64,000 nt of DNA, taken from positions 3,296,001 to 3,360,000 of the forward strand of contig CAXXLQ010000004.1 of assembly GCA_963668695.2 (NCBI GenBank), read 5' to 3'. The translations under genes were made by a program, and so were the position numbers. Shown here one piece after another: positions 30,176 to 39,767 of the stretch. Position 1 is the first letter of the stretch. Each line of letters opens with the position of its first letter. Source of the DNA: Vicinamibacteria bacterium. Lineage in GTDB: Bacteria > Acidobacteriota > Vicinamibacteria > Marinacidobacterales > Marinacidobacteraceae. A model generated the notes under the pieces. The model did no database searches, was not told the origin of the DNA, and was given only the letters and a program-made list of their open reading frames with translations.

Positions 30176-31281
30176 ACCGCGACCAGCTTCCGGAGCCAGA
30201 ACTGCTCGGGCTCGCGGGGCTGGGCCCAGGTAATCAGGAAATCGGACCAGGGGCGAGTTCCGCCCCGCAGGCGGAGTTGTTCGGTGGCCAGCGCCGCTGC
30301 TTCGTCCCACTGTCCGCGGGCCTCGAGGGCGGCCACCAGCGCCGCTACCACGGCGTGCGAATCCGGGGCCAGGTCGGCCGCTTCGCGGAAGTTCGCGACC
30401 GCCTGCGGCAGCCGATCCCGGGCAAACGAGGTCTCGCCGAGCAGCATCAGGCGCGGCACCCGGAGCAGGGCCGCAGGTTCGTCCCTGACCTCACGGAGCC
30501 GATCGTGCGCCCGCCCCTCCCGGCCCTGCCCGAGCGCCACGAGCGCCAGGCGGAGATTCAGATCGTCCGGGTCGCCCATCGCCCGGGCCACCGTGCGCGA
30601 CGAGTTCAAAGCGATCTCGGGCGTCACGAACTGCCTCGAATCCGCCTCCCGAAACAGCTTCCGGACATCCGGCCAGAGTTCCTTTTCCCGTACGTAGCGG
30701 GCGCGCACCGCCCATACGGCGGCGAGTTGCCAGGCGAGAGGCGGGTCCCGCTGTGGATCGGCTTCTTCCAGGACGCGGCTCGCGGCCCACAGATCCATCC
30801 GCGCCAGCCGGAGCCGGGCCGTCGAGAGCACCAACTCCCTCCACACCAGTTTGCGGAAGTCGGACGCTCCCTCCTCCCCCCAGGCCGTCAGCGCTTCCTC
30901 CCGGAGGTGATCCGGAATGCCGCGAACCCACTCCCGCGGAATCTGATTCACGGGCTCGCGAAACAGCCGGTGATCCGAGTTCGGGGTCCAGCCGAAATGG
31001 GCCACCGCTTCGGAGTGCACGAGCGCCGCGGCCAGCCGCCCCCGGAAGCCCTCGAGTACGTCCGACGGGGGCAGCGTGTCGATGAAACGGCGCTGCGCCT
31101 CCCTGAGTTCCATCACCCCCCGGCTCCCGGCGCGGCGGGCGATCTCGACGAACCGGCCCGCGCGGTAGAAACCGACGAGCTCCCCGTAGCCCTCGGGAGT
31201 GATCTCCTCCACCTCGACCTGGGTGACGCGCGCCGGCGAGAAGAACGCCCGGCGGCTCATCCGGCGCACCAGTGTGGTCAT
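30172..31281 (-). CDS. TPR-like helical protein, paralog of 46137-47270
   Basis: Shares PDDL(N/H)LRLALVALG, ALVAAL, WDEAA, RPW with 46137-47270. Confidence 0.75.
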   Translation of the reverse strand: MTTLVRRMSRRAFFSPARVTQVEVEEITPEGYGELVGFYRAGRFVEIARRAGSRGVMELREAQRRFIDTLPPSDVLEGFRGRLAAALVHSEAVAHFGWTPNSDHRLFREPVNQIPREWVRGIPDHLREEALTAWGEEGASDFRKLVWRELVLSTARLRLARMDLWAASRVLEEADPQRDPPLAWQLAAVWAVRARYVREKELWPDVRKLFREADSRQFVTPEIALNSSRTVARAMGDPDDLNLRLALVALGQGREGRAHDRLREVRDEPAALLRVPRLMLLGETSFARDRLPQAVANFREAADLAPDSHAVVAALVAALEARGQWDEAAALATEQLRLRGGTRPWSDFLITWAQPREPEQFWLRKLVAV

Positions 31282-31401
31282 GCGTTCCGGGTCCCGAACT
31301 CCATCCGCAAGAGTACCGCGTGCAACCGTTATGCCGTGAGTGAGGTGGCATCACCAGGCAACACCACGCCCACCGAGACCGAAGCGCACACAATTGCACG
31401 G

Positions 31402-32724
31402 ATGCTTCTTCCGACCCGCCGCGAATTCCTGGCCCGCACGGCTCCCGCCGCCGCCCTCTGGCCCGCTCTCCTGCGGGCTCGCACTTCCCAAGCCCTTCCG
31501 GACGGGGTGCAGAGCGAACGCATCGCGAGCCGTATGGAAGCCGTTTCCCGGTTCGGCGCGACCCCGGAAGGGGGTGCCTCCCGCACCGCGGGGAGCGACG
31601 CCGACCTCGCAACCCGGGACCGTTTCAGCAGCTGGCTCCGGGAATCCGGGCTCGAGGTGCGCACCGACCTCGCGGGAAACCTCATCGGCCGCCTGTCCGG
31701 AGCCGATCCCTCGCTGCCTCCCCTCCTCACGGGTTCCCACCTTGATTCCGTCCCGGAAGGCGGAAACTTCGACGGGGTGGTCGGCTCGGTCGGGGCCCTC
31801 GAAGCCGCGACCGCCATCGCCACCTCGGGCGCCCCGCTCCGGCATCCCCTCGAAGTGGCGGTGTTCTTCAACGAAGAAAACGGGAAGACCGGCAGCCGGG
31901 CCCTGGCCGGTGAAGTCACGCCGGAGGAAATGGACCAGCCGGTGTACGGAGGACTCACCCTCGGCGAGGCGCTCGCCCGGGTAGGCGGATCGCCGGAGCG
32001 GATCACCGAGGCGGCGCTCGCACCCGGCCACTACGCCGGTTTTGTCGAACTGCACATCGAGCAGGGCCCCACCCTCGCCACCGAGGGGATCGAGATCGGG
32101 GTGGTCCAGGGCATCGTCGGCATCCGCCGCTTCCGCGTCCGGGTGTCCGGATTTGCGAACCACGCGGGCACCACCGCCATGGGCATCCGCAGGGACGCGC
32201 TCGTCACCGCCGGCCGCTTCCTGGTGTCGGTCCACGAGGAGACCCAGTCCTGGCCGGGGCGTCAGGTCGCGACGGTGGGGCGGATCGAGGCCCGTCCCGG
32301 CGCCCCGAACGTCATTCCCGGGGAAGTCGAGCTGAGCCTCGAGATCCGGGACCTCCGGATGGAGACGATCGAGGCGCTCTACCAGCGCTTCCAGGAACTC
32401 GGCAACGAACTGGCGGCGCGGAACCAGACGAGCATCGCCTTCGAGCCCTACTACCTGAGCCGGGCGGCGCCCTGCGATCCGGCCTTCATGGACGTCGTCG
32501 AGGCATCCGCAGAGAGTCTCGGATTCTCACGCCTTCGCCTGCCCTCCGGCGCGGGGCACGACGCCCAATCCATCGCCGTACTCGCGCCCATCGGCATGAT
32601 CTTCGTCCCGAGCCGCGACGGAATCAGTCATTCCCCCCGTGAGTTCACGAGCGTCGCCGACATCACGAATGGCGCGCGGGTCCTGATCGAGTCGCTCCGC
32701 CGGCTGGACAGAGTGCTGGACTAG
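31402..32724 (+). CDS. M20 Zn-dependent hydrolase (allantoate amidohydrolase/N-carbamoyl-L-amino-acid hydrolase family), Tat signal
   Basis: TRREFL; GSHLDSV, NEE, ELHIEQG, HAGTT, SGAGHD. Confidence 0.9.
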   Translation: MLLPTRREFLARTAPAAALWPALLRARTSQALPDGVQSERIASRMEAVSRFGATPEGGASRTAGSDADLATRDRFSSWLRESGLEVRTDLAGNLIGRLSGADPSLPPLLTGSHLDSVPEGGNFDGVVGSVGALEAATAIATSGAPLRHPLEVAVFFNEENGKTGSRALAGEVTPEEMDQPVYGGLTLGEALARVGGSPERITEAALAPGHYAGFVELHIEQGPTLATEGIEIGVVQGIVGIRRFRVRVSGFANHAGTTAMGIRRDALVTAGRFLVSVHEETQSWPGRQVATVGRIEARPGAPNVIPGEVELSLEIRDLRMETIEALYQRFQELGNELAARNQTSIAFEPYYLSRAAPCDPAFMDVVEASAESLGFSRLRLPSGAGHDAQSIAVLAPIGMIFVPSRDGISHSPREFTSVADITNGARVLIESLRRLDRVLD

Positions 32725-32941
32725 CAGCCTGTGGTGAAACCCACGCGGCGTTCGAGCGGCGATCCATCCCGCCTGAACCGCCCCCCCACCGGGAGAACTG
32801 GCGCTTTGCGGCGCTCTGCGTTGCGTTTCGGTCGAAATACACTCGGTATTCCTCCCTCACGCGCCTTGTCAGCCGGGCGCCTCGCCCCCACCGGGAGAAC
32901 TGGCCGCTCTCGGCGCTCACCCGGGTTCCACCACAGGCTGC
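32724..32941 (-). mobile_element. Family A MITE-like element
   Basis: TA|GCAGCCTGTGGTGAAACCC...CCACCACAGGCTGC|TA at a stop codon. Confidence 0.9.
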
Positions 32942-32967
32942 TAGGGAACGCCGGTGTTCACACCGGC

Positions 32968-33792
32968 TTAGCGGTCGTCCACCGGGATGACGGTCTCGCT
33001 GTCGGCATACCCGACGATTCCGGCGGCAATCACCCGCCGGAAGCCATCCTGGGAGGCGGAGTTCTCGTCATCCAGCTCCAGATAGAAGCCCTCCGGAAGG
33101 GCCGCAAGCTGCGGGAAGGAATGTCCGGGGCCGCTCCGAAGCGCGGCGCCGGGTTGCACCACCACCGCGACCGGTGGAGCGGTGACCCGGAGCCGCAGCA
33201 GCGCGCCCGACGCGGCCGCCGCCAACATCACCAGCCCGAGGCCCGCCACCACCAGGCGCCGCCGGCCGCGGCCAAGCATCAGGAGGGTCCAGAGCGCGCC
33301 CGCGAGGAGGGCGGACGCGCTGAGCACCCACGCGATGCGGTCCGGGGAGCTGCGGCGCAGCCAGGCCCCGAAGCCCTGCATCGAGCGGAGCAGCTCGAGC
33401 GAGAAGGTGTCCGAAGCTCCCGAAGCCGCGGCTTCGGTCAGCCGCCGATCGAGCAATTCATGGGCGAGCCCGAGGTTCGCCCGGGCGTCATCGTCGCCGG
33501 GGTGGAGGGCGAGCGACCGCTCCCAGTGGAGCATCGCGTAGCCGAGCCGGCCGGCCCGGTATTCGGCGTTTCCGAGGTTGTAGTGGAGCGCCGCCCGATC
33601 GACCCCCTCGTCGGCCTCTTGCAGCAGGCGGCGATACAGAACTCCTGCGGCCTCGTAGTCCCCCTCGTCATAGCTCCGGGCGGCGGCCGCCGCGTCCACC
33701 CCCGGACTCTCCTGAGCGCGGGCGATCCCCGGCTGGAAGCATCCCAGACCAACCGCCACCAGGAGCCAGCCCGGCACGAGCAGGCGCTTCAT
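32968..33792 (-). CDS. batE: BatE-like TPR + SH3b protein
   Basis: LHYNLGNAEYRAG, ARANL, two TMs, LRSGPG; last gene of the bat operon. Confidence 0.8.
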   Translation of the reverse strand: MKRLLVPGWLLVAVGLGCFQPGIARAQESPGVDAAAAARSYDEGDYEAAGVLYRRLLQEADEGVDRAALHYNLGNAEYRAGRLGYAMLHWERSLALHPGDDDARANLGLAHELLDRRLTEAAASGASDTFSLELLRSMQGFGAWLRRSSPDRIAWVLSASALLAGALWTLLMLGRGRRRLVVAGLGLVMLAAAASGALLRLRVTAPPVAVVVQPGAALRSGPGHSFPQLAALPEGFYLELDDENSASQDGFRRVIAAGIVGYADSETVIPVDDR

Positions 33793-35714
33793 CCGGCTTC
33801 CCCGCCCCGCCCGAGCTGATCTTCGAGCTGGCGTATGAGTTCGGTTGCCTCGGTCGCATCGGAGTGCGCCGCATCGCCACCCCCGGGAGCGGCGAAGCGC
33901 GCACCCTCCGAGCGGGAGAGCAGCGCCCGGAAGCGGCGTGCCGCCTCGGGTTCCGCGCCCGCCGCCACGAGACGGCGGGCCGCCCCCTCGGGAGTAAAGC
34001 CGTGGCGGGAACCTCCGAGCCGCGCCGCCGCGTATTCGGTGAGGGCTTCGCCCACCCGGGCGGCGGCCTCGGGCCCGCTGCCGCCGACCCGCGCGAGCGC
34101 CCGCTGCGCGTTACGCGCCGCTCCCCGGCGGCGGTACTCGGCCGGATTCGCATCCCGCCAGGCGCGGCGGCGCCGGGCGGCGAACAGCCCGAGATTCCAG
34201 AGCACCGGCAGGCCGAGGCTCAGGAGGAAGAAGGTCCCGGGCCGCCAGGGGCCGGCCGGGCGGCCCGCTCCCTGCCCGACGGGCTTCAGGTAGCGGATGT
34301 CCTCCGCGAGACGCTCGACCGCAACCGGCCCGTCAACTCCGGGGGCGGTCGCGGTGGACCCCTCGATCCGGATCTGGAGGGGGTCGGACGCCAGCCGTTC
34401 GTAGGCGCCGGTCCGCGGATTGAACACGTCGAGCGTGACCGCACCGATGTTCCGCACGCCCCCCGCTTCGGGCACCAGCGGGAATTCCCAGATCTGGCGG
34501 CCGCCGAACGTAATCCCTTCCCCCTCGTCCCGGAGGCCGGTCTCCGCGGAGGTATCCGGATCGAAGAACCGGAAGGCCCTGCGGACCTCCGGACTCTCGG
34601 GGAGCGCCGGAACCCCTGCCGCCCGCAGATTGCCGCTGCCCTCGAGTTCGACCCGCAGGACCAGCGGCTCGCCGGCCACCGCCACCTGGTCGCCGAGCGG
34701 AGCGTCGTCGCGCGTGATCTCCGCGCTCAGCCGGTAGTCCCCCACGGCGCCGGTGAATCCGGGAGGCCGCCCCGCCTCGGGGAGGGGCTCCGCCCGAATC
34801 GTGACGGGGGGCGCTTCCCGCACCACCACCGCCTGCTCTGGTCCGAAGAAGGACCGCCGCCGCCGTTCGCCCTGGATCCCGATTTCGAAAAGCGGGCCGG
34901 CGAGCTGGCGTTCGCCCGCGCCGGTAGGAAAAACCGCCCGCATCAGCAGCGGGTAGGTCTCGTACTCCACCCCGTTCAGGGCGCGGCGTTCGCGGCGGGG
35001 TCCCGGGCGGCTCCGGCGCTCCCGTATTTCGTTGCCGCTCAGGCCGCGCTCCTGCCAGGGGACGTCGGGAAGTTCCACCTCCTCGGTCCAAAAACCCTCC
35101 GGCTGCGCCAGCTCGACCGGGCCCGCCGCGTACACCGGGAGCCGCGACCAGAGCCGGTAGAGCACGAGCACCTGCTCGCCCACCTGGACCTCGGCGCCCG
35201 GCGCTTCCGCCCGAATGAAGATGTCCTCCTCCCGAACCTCCGGGCCCCTCTGCTCCCGGCGCCGCCGGTTGAACGGATCCATCCGGCCGAACGGCGAAGA
35301 AAACGGCGACGAAAAGGGTGATGCAAACGGATCGGGGGAGCGGGGACGGACGCTTCCCTGTTCGACGCGCACCGGGATCGGAGAAGCGGGCGCGTAGCCG
35401 GGAACCGCAATCTCCGGAATCACCAGTTCCCCGACCGTGAGCGGCCGAAGCCGATAGACCCACTCGATCGCGCGGGTCATCTGCATGTTGACGATCTGTG
35501 TCTTCGAGATCCGCTGGCTGCTGAGCACCTCGAAGCCGGCGAGGTCGGGGATCACCGGCTCACCTCCGCGCTCCTCGGGCACGGACACCGTCAGCGCCAA
35601 CGTGTCTTCGATCCCGATGTGGTCGGCGTCCACGCTCGCCTCGGCAGCCTCCTGGCCGTGGACCGGTGCGACGAAGAAAACCGTGAACAGCGCGGCCACC
35701 AGCAGCCGTTTCAT
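33789..35714 (-). CDS. batD: BatD family protein
   Basis: Signal peptide, VGEQV, GFWTEE, FTGAVG, GSGNL, DIRYLK, C-terminal TM. Confidence 0.85.
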   Translation of the reverse strand: MKRLLVAALFTVFFVAPVHGQEAAEASVDADHIGIEDTLALTVSVPEERGGEPVIPDLAGFEVLSSQRISKTQIVNMQMTRAIEWVYRLRPLTVGELVIPEIAVPGYAPASPIPVRVEQGSVRPRSPDPFASPFSSPFSSPFGRMDPFNRRRREQRGPEVREEDIFIRAEAPGAEVQVGEQVLVLYRLWSRLPVYAAGPVELAQPEGFWTEEVELPDVPWQERGLSGNEIRERRSRPGPRRERRALNGVEYETYPLLMRAVFPTGAGERQLAGPLFEIGIQGERRRRSFFGPEQAVVVREAPPVTIRAEPLPEAGRPPGFTGAVGDYRLSAEITRDDAPLGDQVAVAGEPLVLRVELEGSGNLRAAGVPALPESPEVRRAFRFFDPDTSAETGLRDEGEGITFGGRQIWEFPLVPEAGGVRNIGAVTLDVFNPRTGAYERLASDPLQIRIEGSTATAPGVDGPVAVERLAEDIRYLKPVGQGAGRPAGPWRPGTFFLLSLGLPVLWNLGLFAARRRRAWRDANPAEYRRRGAARNAQRALARVGGSGPEAAARVGEALTEYAAARLGGSRHGFTPEGAARRLVAAGAEPEAARRFRALLSRSEGARFAAPGGGDAAHSDATEATELIRQLEDQLGRGGEAG

Positions 35715-36598
35715 CAGTGGCGACCCCTCCGAAGCGCGCGAGCCCGGCGTTTTTCGAGACGGTCCTCCTGGAAGGCCCGCTCGACGTCGGCGAGCGCGGC
35801 GAGGATCCGCTCGGCCTGCTCGGGGCTGATTTCGGGAACCTCGCCGGGCAGGGAGTCCGGAGTGTCCGCGCCCGGCCCCGCATCCTGGGGCGGATTGCCG
35901 CTCGGGTCGTCGGCGGGCGGCTGATCCTGCCCTTCCCGAGGTTCTTGGGGAGGAGACTGCCGCCCCTCCCCGGAGTCCTGGTCCGGATCGCCGGAAGACG
36001 GCGAGTCCTGCGGCTGCTGTCCCCGATTCTGGTCCTGCTGATCCTGCTCCTGTTGCTCCTGGTCCTGTTGGTCCTGCTCCTGTTGCTCCTGGTTCTGCTG
36101 GTCCCCGCCCTGCCCCCCGTCCTGCTGTTCGTCCTGCTGTTCTTGGTCGTCGGCCGCCTGGAGCGCCCTCTCCAGATTCTGGCGCGCTTCGCGGTCGTCC
36201 GGATCCAGAGCGATGGCCTCCCCGTAAGCGGCCGCCGCTTCCCGAAACGCGCCGGCGCGGAAGAGGGTGTTCGCCAGGTTGTAGAAAGCGTCGCGCCGGA
36301 CCTCTCCGTCCGCGCCGCCCCCGAGCGCCGCCTGATAACCGCGCAGCGCTTCGGCGAGCGGGCCCTCTTCGCCGCCGGACGCCGGACCACCCTCCGCCTC
36401 TCCCAGGCGGTAGTGGACCCCGGCGATGTTGAGATCGTTCTCGGGGGCGTCCGGAAAGGCGCCCTCGGCCCGCGAAAAGGCCCGGAGCGCCTCCTCCAGC
36501 CGGCCCGCTTCGAAGTGTTCCGCTCCTTCCCGGGTGTTCTTTTCGCCGCCGCCGAACAACTGCATGGCCATCAGCAGCACGAACGCGGTGCGGATCAC
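35714..36598 (-). CDS. batC: BatC-like TPR protein with Q/D/E-rich linker
   Basis: FYNLANTLF, ARQNLERA, Q-rich tract, EQAERILAAL. Confidence 0.8.
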   Translation of the reverse strand: MIRTAFVLLMAMQLFGGGEKNTREGAEHFEAGRLEEALRAFSRAEGAFPDAPENDLNIAGVHYRLGEAEGGPASGGEEGPLAEALRGYQAALGGGADGEVRRDAFYNLANTLFRAGAFREAAAAYGEAIALDPDDREARQNLERALQAADDQEQQDEQQDGGQGGDQQNQEQQEQDQQDQEQQEQDQQDQNRGQQPQDSPSSGDPDQDSGEGRQSPPQEPREGQDQPPADDPSGNPPQDAGPGADTPDSLPGEVPEISPEQAERILAALADVERAFQEDRLEKRRARALRRGRH

Positions 36599-37626
36599 GA
36601 GACCCCTCCTTGACCTGCCAGCCGACGGCGGCGCCGGCGGGACGGGGCGGCGAACGCGGCCCCGGCGATGGCACAGACCGCCAGTCCGGCCGGGATCCAG
36701 AACCGCTCACGGTAGCGCCGGGAGATCTGCGCCCCGAGTTCCCCGCCTTCGATCCCGGCGATCCGGGCCGTGAGTCCCTCGATCTCCCGGTCGTCGGGGG
36801 AGATCTCGAAGAAAACTCCCTCCGTGAGCGCGGCCAGTTCGGAGAGCGCCGCCCGGTCCAACCGGCTCACGATGGGAGAGCCGGCGGCGTCGCGCATCAG
36901 GGTCGGGCCCGACTCGGAGGCCGCCGGAATGGTGGCGCCGCCGGGCGTCCCCACTCCGACGGAAAGCACCGCGATGTCGTGCTCGTTCGCGATCCGGGCC
37001 ACCTCGGAGATCTCGGTGACCCGCAGGTCGTCCTGCTGCCCGTCGGTGAGCAGCACCACCACCCGGTGCCGGCTTTCCTGCCGCTCGAAGGCCCGCGCCG
37101 CCTCCTCGATCATCGCCGCCAGGTTCGTTCCGGGGCTTTCCACCGCGCCGGTGGCGATCCCGGAAAGCAGGGTCCGGACCGCGCCGAGGTCATGGGTGAG
37201 CGGGCACTGGGTAAACGCCGTCCCGGAAAACGCCACGATTCCCACCCGGTTCCCGACCATCCGGTCGAGCAGCTCCCCCGCGATGTAGCGGGCGCGCTCC
37301 ATACGCGAAGGCGCCACGTCGCGGGCGTCCATGCTGAAGGAAGTGTCCATCGCCAGCACGACGTCCACCCCCACGAGCGTCACTTCCTGCTCCTGCCTCC
37401 CCCACTGGGGACGGGCGGCAGCCGTCGCCAGCAGCAAGACCGCGCCCAGCAACAGGAAATCGCGGAACCGGCGCCGCGTCCGGCTGTCCCCCTCGATGAG
37501 CGCCGGAGTCCGGGTTCCGAAACGGTCCAGAACCGCCCGGCCGCGGCGTGCGGCCCAGAAGACGAGCGCCGCCCCCGCCGGGAAGAGGAGCAGCAGAAAC
37601 AGCGCCGCTGGCGCCCCGAAACGCAT
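36595..37626 (-). CDS. batB: BatB-like VWA protein
   Basis: ARPQWG, DTSFSM, PSRMERAR, PLTHD, LLTDG, GVGTPGG. Confidence 0.85.
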   Translation of the reverse strand: MRFGAPAALFLLLLFPAGAALVFWAARRGRAVLDRFGTRTPALIEGDSRTRRRFRDFLLLGAVLLLATAAARPQWGRQEQEVTLVGVDVVLAMDTSFSMDARDVAPSRMERARYIAGELLDRMVGNRVGIVAFSGTAFTQCPLTHDLGAVRTLLSGIATGAVESPGTNLAAMIEEAARAFERQESRHRVVVLLTDGQQDDLRVTEISEVARIANEHDIAVLSVGVGTPGGATIPAASESGPTLMRDAAGSPIVSRLDRAALSELAALTEGVFFEISPDDREIEGLTARIAGIEGGELGAQISRRYRERFWIPAGLAVCAIAGAAFAAPSRRRRRRLAGQGGVS

Positions 37627-37683
37627 CTCAGCGAACCCCCTCCAGCAGGTGTGTTCCAGGGAGCGGGGTGCGTCCGGACACAG

Positions 37684-38661
37684 TCATGGCGCGGTCCGCA
37701 ACACGGTGGCGCCGAGCGCGAGCCCGGAAAACAGGAGCATCGCCGCCCAACCGGCGAGGAGGGGTCCGTCGTCCGACCAGCTCGTCCAGGTCGGCGCCTG
37801 GATTTCGGTCCGTTCGAGCGCGTCGATCTCTTCGTAGACCGCCCTGAGGCCCTCGCTGTCGCGGGCCCGGAAATACCGGCCGCCGGTCGCGTCCGCGACC
37901 TTCGTGAGCATCTCTTCGTCGATCCCCGGCGCCCGCCGGACATCGAGCGACCCGTCGGGACGCCGCGTGACCATCTGCCCGCCCTGCTGGCTCCCGGCGC
38001 CCACCGTATAGACCCGGATCCCCCGGGTCTTGGCCAGCCCGGCGGCGGTGAGCGGATGGATCTCTCCGGCGTTCGAGACGCCGTCGGTGAGCAGGACGAT
38101 CACCCGGCTCTCGGCCTCCGAATCCACCAGCCGGTTCACCGAGGCGGCGATGGCGTTGCCGATCGCCGTGCCGTCGGGAATGTCCCCGATGTTCACCTCC
38201 CGCAGCCTCTCCGTCAGGACGCCGTGATCCAGGGTCAGCGGGCTCAGCGTCACCGCATTCCGCGCGAACGCCACGGCCCCCAGGCGGTCGTCCGTCCTCC
38301 GGTCGATGAAATCCTCGAGCACCTCCTTGGCCGCGGTAAGGCGGTTGGCGGGGGCGAAGTCCTCGGCCCGCATGCTCGAGGAAATGTCCAGCGCGAGCAC
38401 GATGTCCACTCCGAGGCTGGTGCCCGTCTCCTCGGTGATCCCGGTCTGGGGGCGGGCGAGCGCGACCGCGGCGAGAGCCAGCGAGGCGAGCACGAGCGCC
38501 CCGGGCAGGAACGCCAGTCGCGAACGAAGCGACCGGGGCAGTTCCCGGAGCCCGGCGGCTTCCGGGAACCGGAGCGCCGGAGCGGCGAACCGCCGGGCAT
38601 GCACGACGAAGAGCGGAATCAGGAGCAGAAGCAGGAGCGCCCCCGGCCACAGTAGCCGCAT
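37684..38661 (-). CDS. batA: BatA-like VWA protein
   Basis: ALARPQ, DISSSM, PLTLD, GTAIG, LLTDGVSNAG, TGGRYFRA. Confidence 0.9.
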   Translation of the reverse strand: MRLLWPGALLLLLLIPLFVVHARRFAAPALRFPEAAGLRELPRSLRSRLAFLPGALVLASLALAAVALARPQTGITEETGTSLGVDIVLALDISSSMRAEDFAPANRLTAAKEVLEDFIDRRTDDRLGAVAFARNAVTLSPLTLDHGVLTERLREVNIGDIPDGTAIGNAIAASVNRLVDSEAESRVIVLLTDGVSNAGEIHPLTAAGLAKTRGIRVYTVGAGSQQGGQMVTRRPDGSLDVRRAPGIDEEMLTKVADATGGRYFRARDSEGLRAVYEEIDALERTEIQAPTWTSWSDDGPLLAGWAAMLLFSGLALGATVLRTAP

Positions 38662-39767
38662 TAGTGAGACTCCATCCGGGGAGACTCCATCCGGGGAGAC
38701 TCCATCCGGATGGTCGCATCCGGAGCGCCCCCGGCGGGCAGTGCGGGCGTTTCGGTTGGGCCCTCGCCCACCTCGCCTTCAGCGGTCAGGAAAGGCCGGG
38801 TCCGGTCCAGGAACATGCCGGCCTCCCGGAACCGCGCCGCCGCGGCAGCGGGTCGGAAGGACCGCTCGCTGAACTTGGCGAGATCGGCCTCGCTCAGAAT
38901 CGCCGCCAGCAGCGCCAGCGCCTCCCGGTGCTTCGGCTCGGCGCGGAGCCTCAGGTCTCGGAGGATCTCGCCGGTCGTCCGTTCGCTCCACGGGGTTTCA
39001 AACCGCCGGCCCGCGTACCGCTTCATGATCCCGGCGAGCCGGTCGTAGTAGGCCACCACCTCGCCCGCTTCGAGCAGTCCGGCGCGCGCCAGCCGAGCGA
39101 GGGCCGCTTCGGCCTCCGCTGCCGGCGGAGGAAGCGCCACGACCGGCGCGTCGCGGGCGCCCCGCCGGCGCCACCACCAGGCGGCGGCCCCCAGGACTGC
39201 GAGCAGCGCGATTGCCAGGAGGCCGATCTGCCCCCAGCGCGGAGGCAGGCTCAGATCGAAGGGCCCCCGGATGTCATGGATGTCTCCCCCGGCCTCCTCC
39301 GCGTCGGGAGGCAGCGACGAAACCACGCGCACCGGCGCCGGCGGCGTCTCGATGAGCGAAAGCTCGCCGTCCGCCGTCCGGATTCCAACGGGAACCCCGG
39401 GGATCTCATGGTCGCCGGGGAGCACGAACGCGCCGAGCTGGAGCCGGAACCGGCTCTCTCCCGGCCGGTCGTCGTCGCCTTCGAGCGGGGCCGCACCCAT
39501 CACCCGGAAGTCGCCGAGGCTTTCCTCGACCACCGGGGCAGCCTCCGCGCCTGCGAGATGCTCCACGACGATCTCCAACTCGAAGACCGAACCGACCTCA
39601 ACCGGCTCGGAGACCACTTCGGCCAGGGCGCGGGTTTCAGCGGACGGCGCCGGACCGGTCTGACCGGCCCCGCTCGCGTCGGGAGCGACCGCCGCCAGGC
39701 CCACGAGCGCCAGCGGAGCCAGACACGCGCCAAGGCCGAAGCCAACCGTCCCTCGCCCGGATGTCAT
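38661..39767 (-). CDS. Bat-operon membrane protein (DUF4381-like)
   Basis: Signal peptide, DIHDIRGP + TM, ERTTGEI, ADLAKFS; position between DUF58 and batA. Confidence 0.75.
   Translation of the reverse strand: MTSGRGTVGFGLGACLAPLALVGLAAVAPDASGAGQTGPAPSAETRALAEVVSEPVEVGSVFELEIVVEHLAGAEAAPVVEESLGDFRVMGAAPLEGDDDRPGESRFRLQLGAFVLPGDHEIPGVPVGIRTADGELSLIETPPAPVRVVSSLPPDAEEAGGDIHDIRGPFDLSLPPRWGQIGLLAIALLAVLGAAAWWWRRRGARDAPVVALPPPAAEAEAALARLARAGLLEAGEVVAYYDRLAGIMKRYAGRRFETPWSERTTGEILRDLRLRAEPKHREALALLAAILSEADLAKFSERSFRPAAAAARFREAGMFLDRTRPFLTAEGEVGEGPTETPALPAGGAPDATIRMESPRMESPRMESH

Noticed and set aside
29560-31401. Long N-terminal extensions of ORFs 29560-32724, 33789-36710, 41848-44124, 50126-51049, 45235-46599
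   Set aside because: They overlap real genes or repeats; downstream starts with RBS or signal peptides fit the families.
36030-36140. CAG/GAG-rich repeat in batC
   Set aside because: Ordinary Q/D/E-rich linker of BatC-like proteins.
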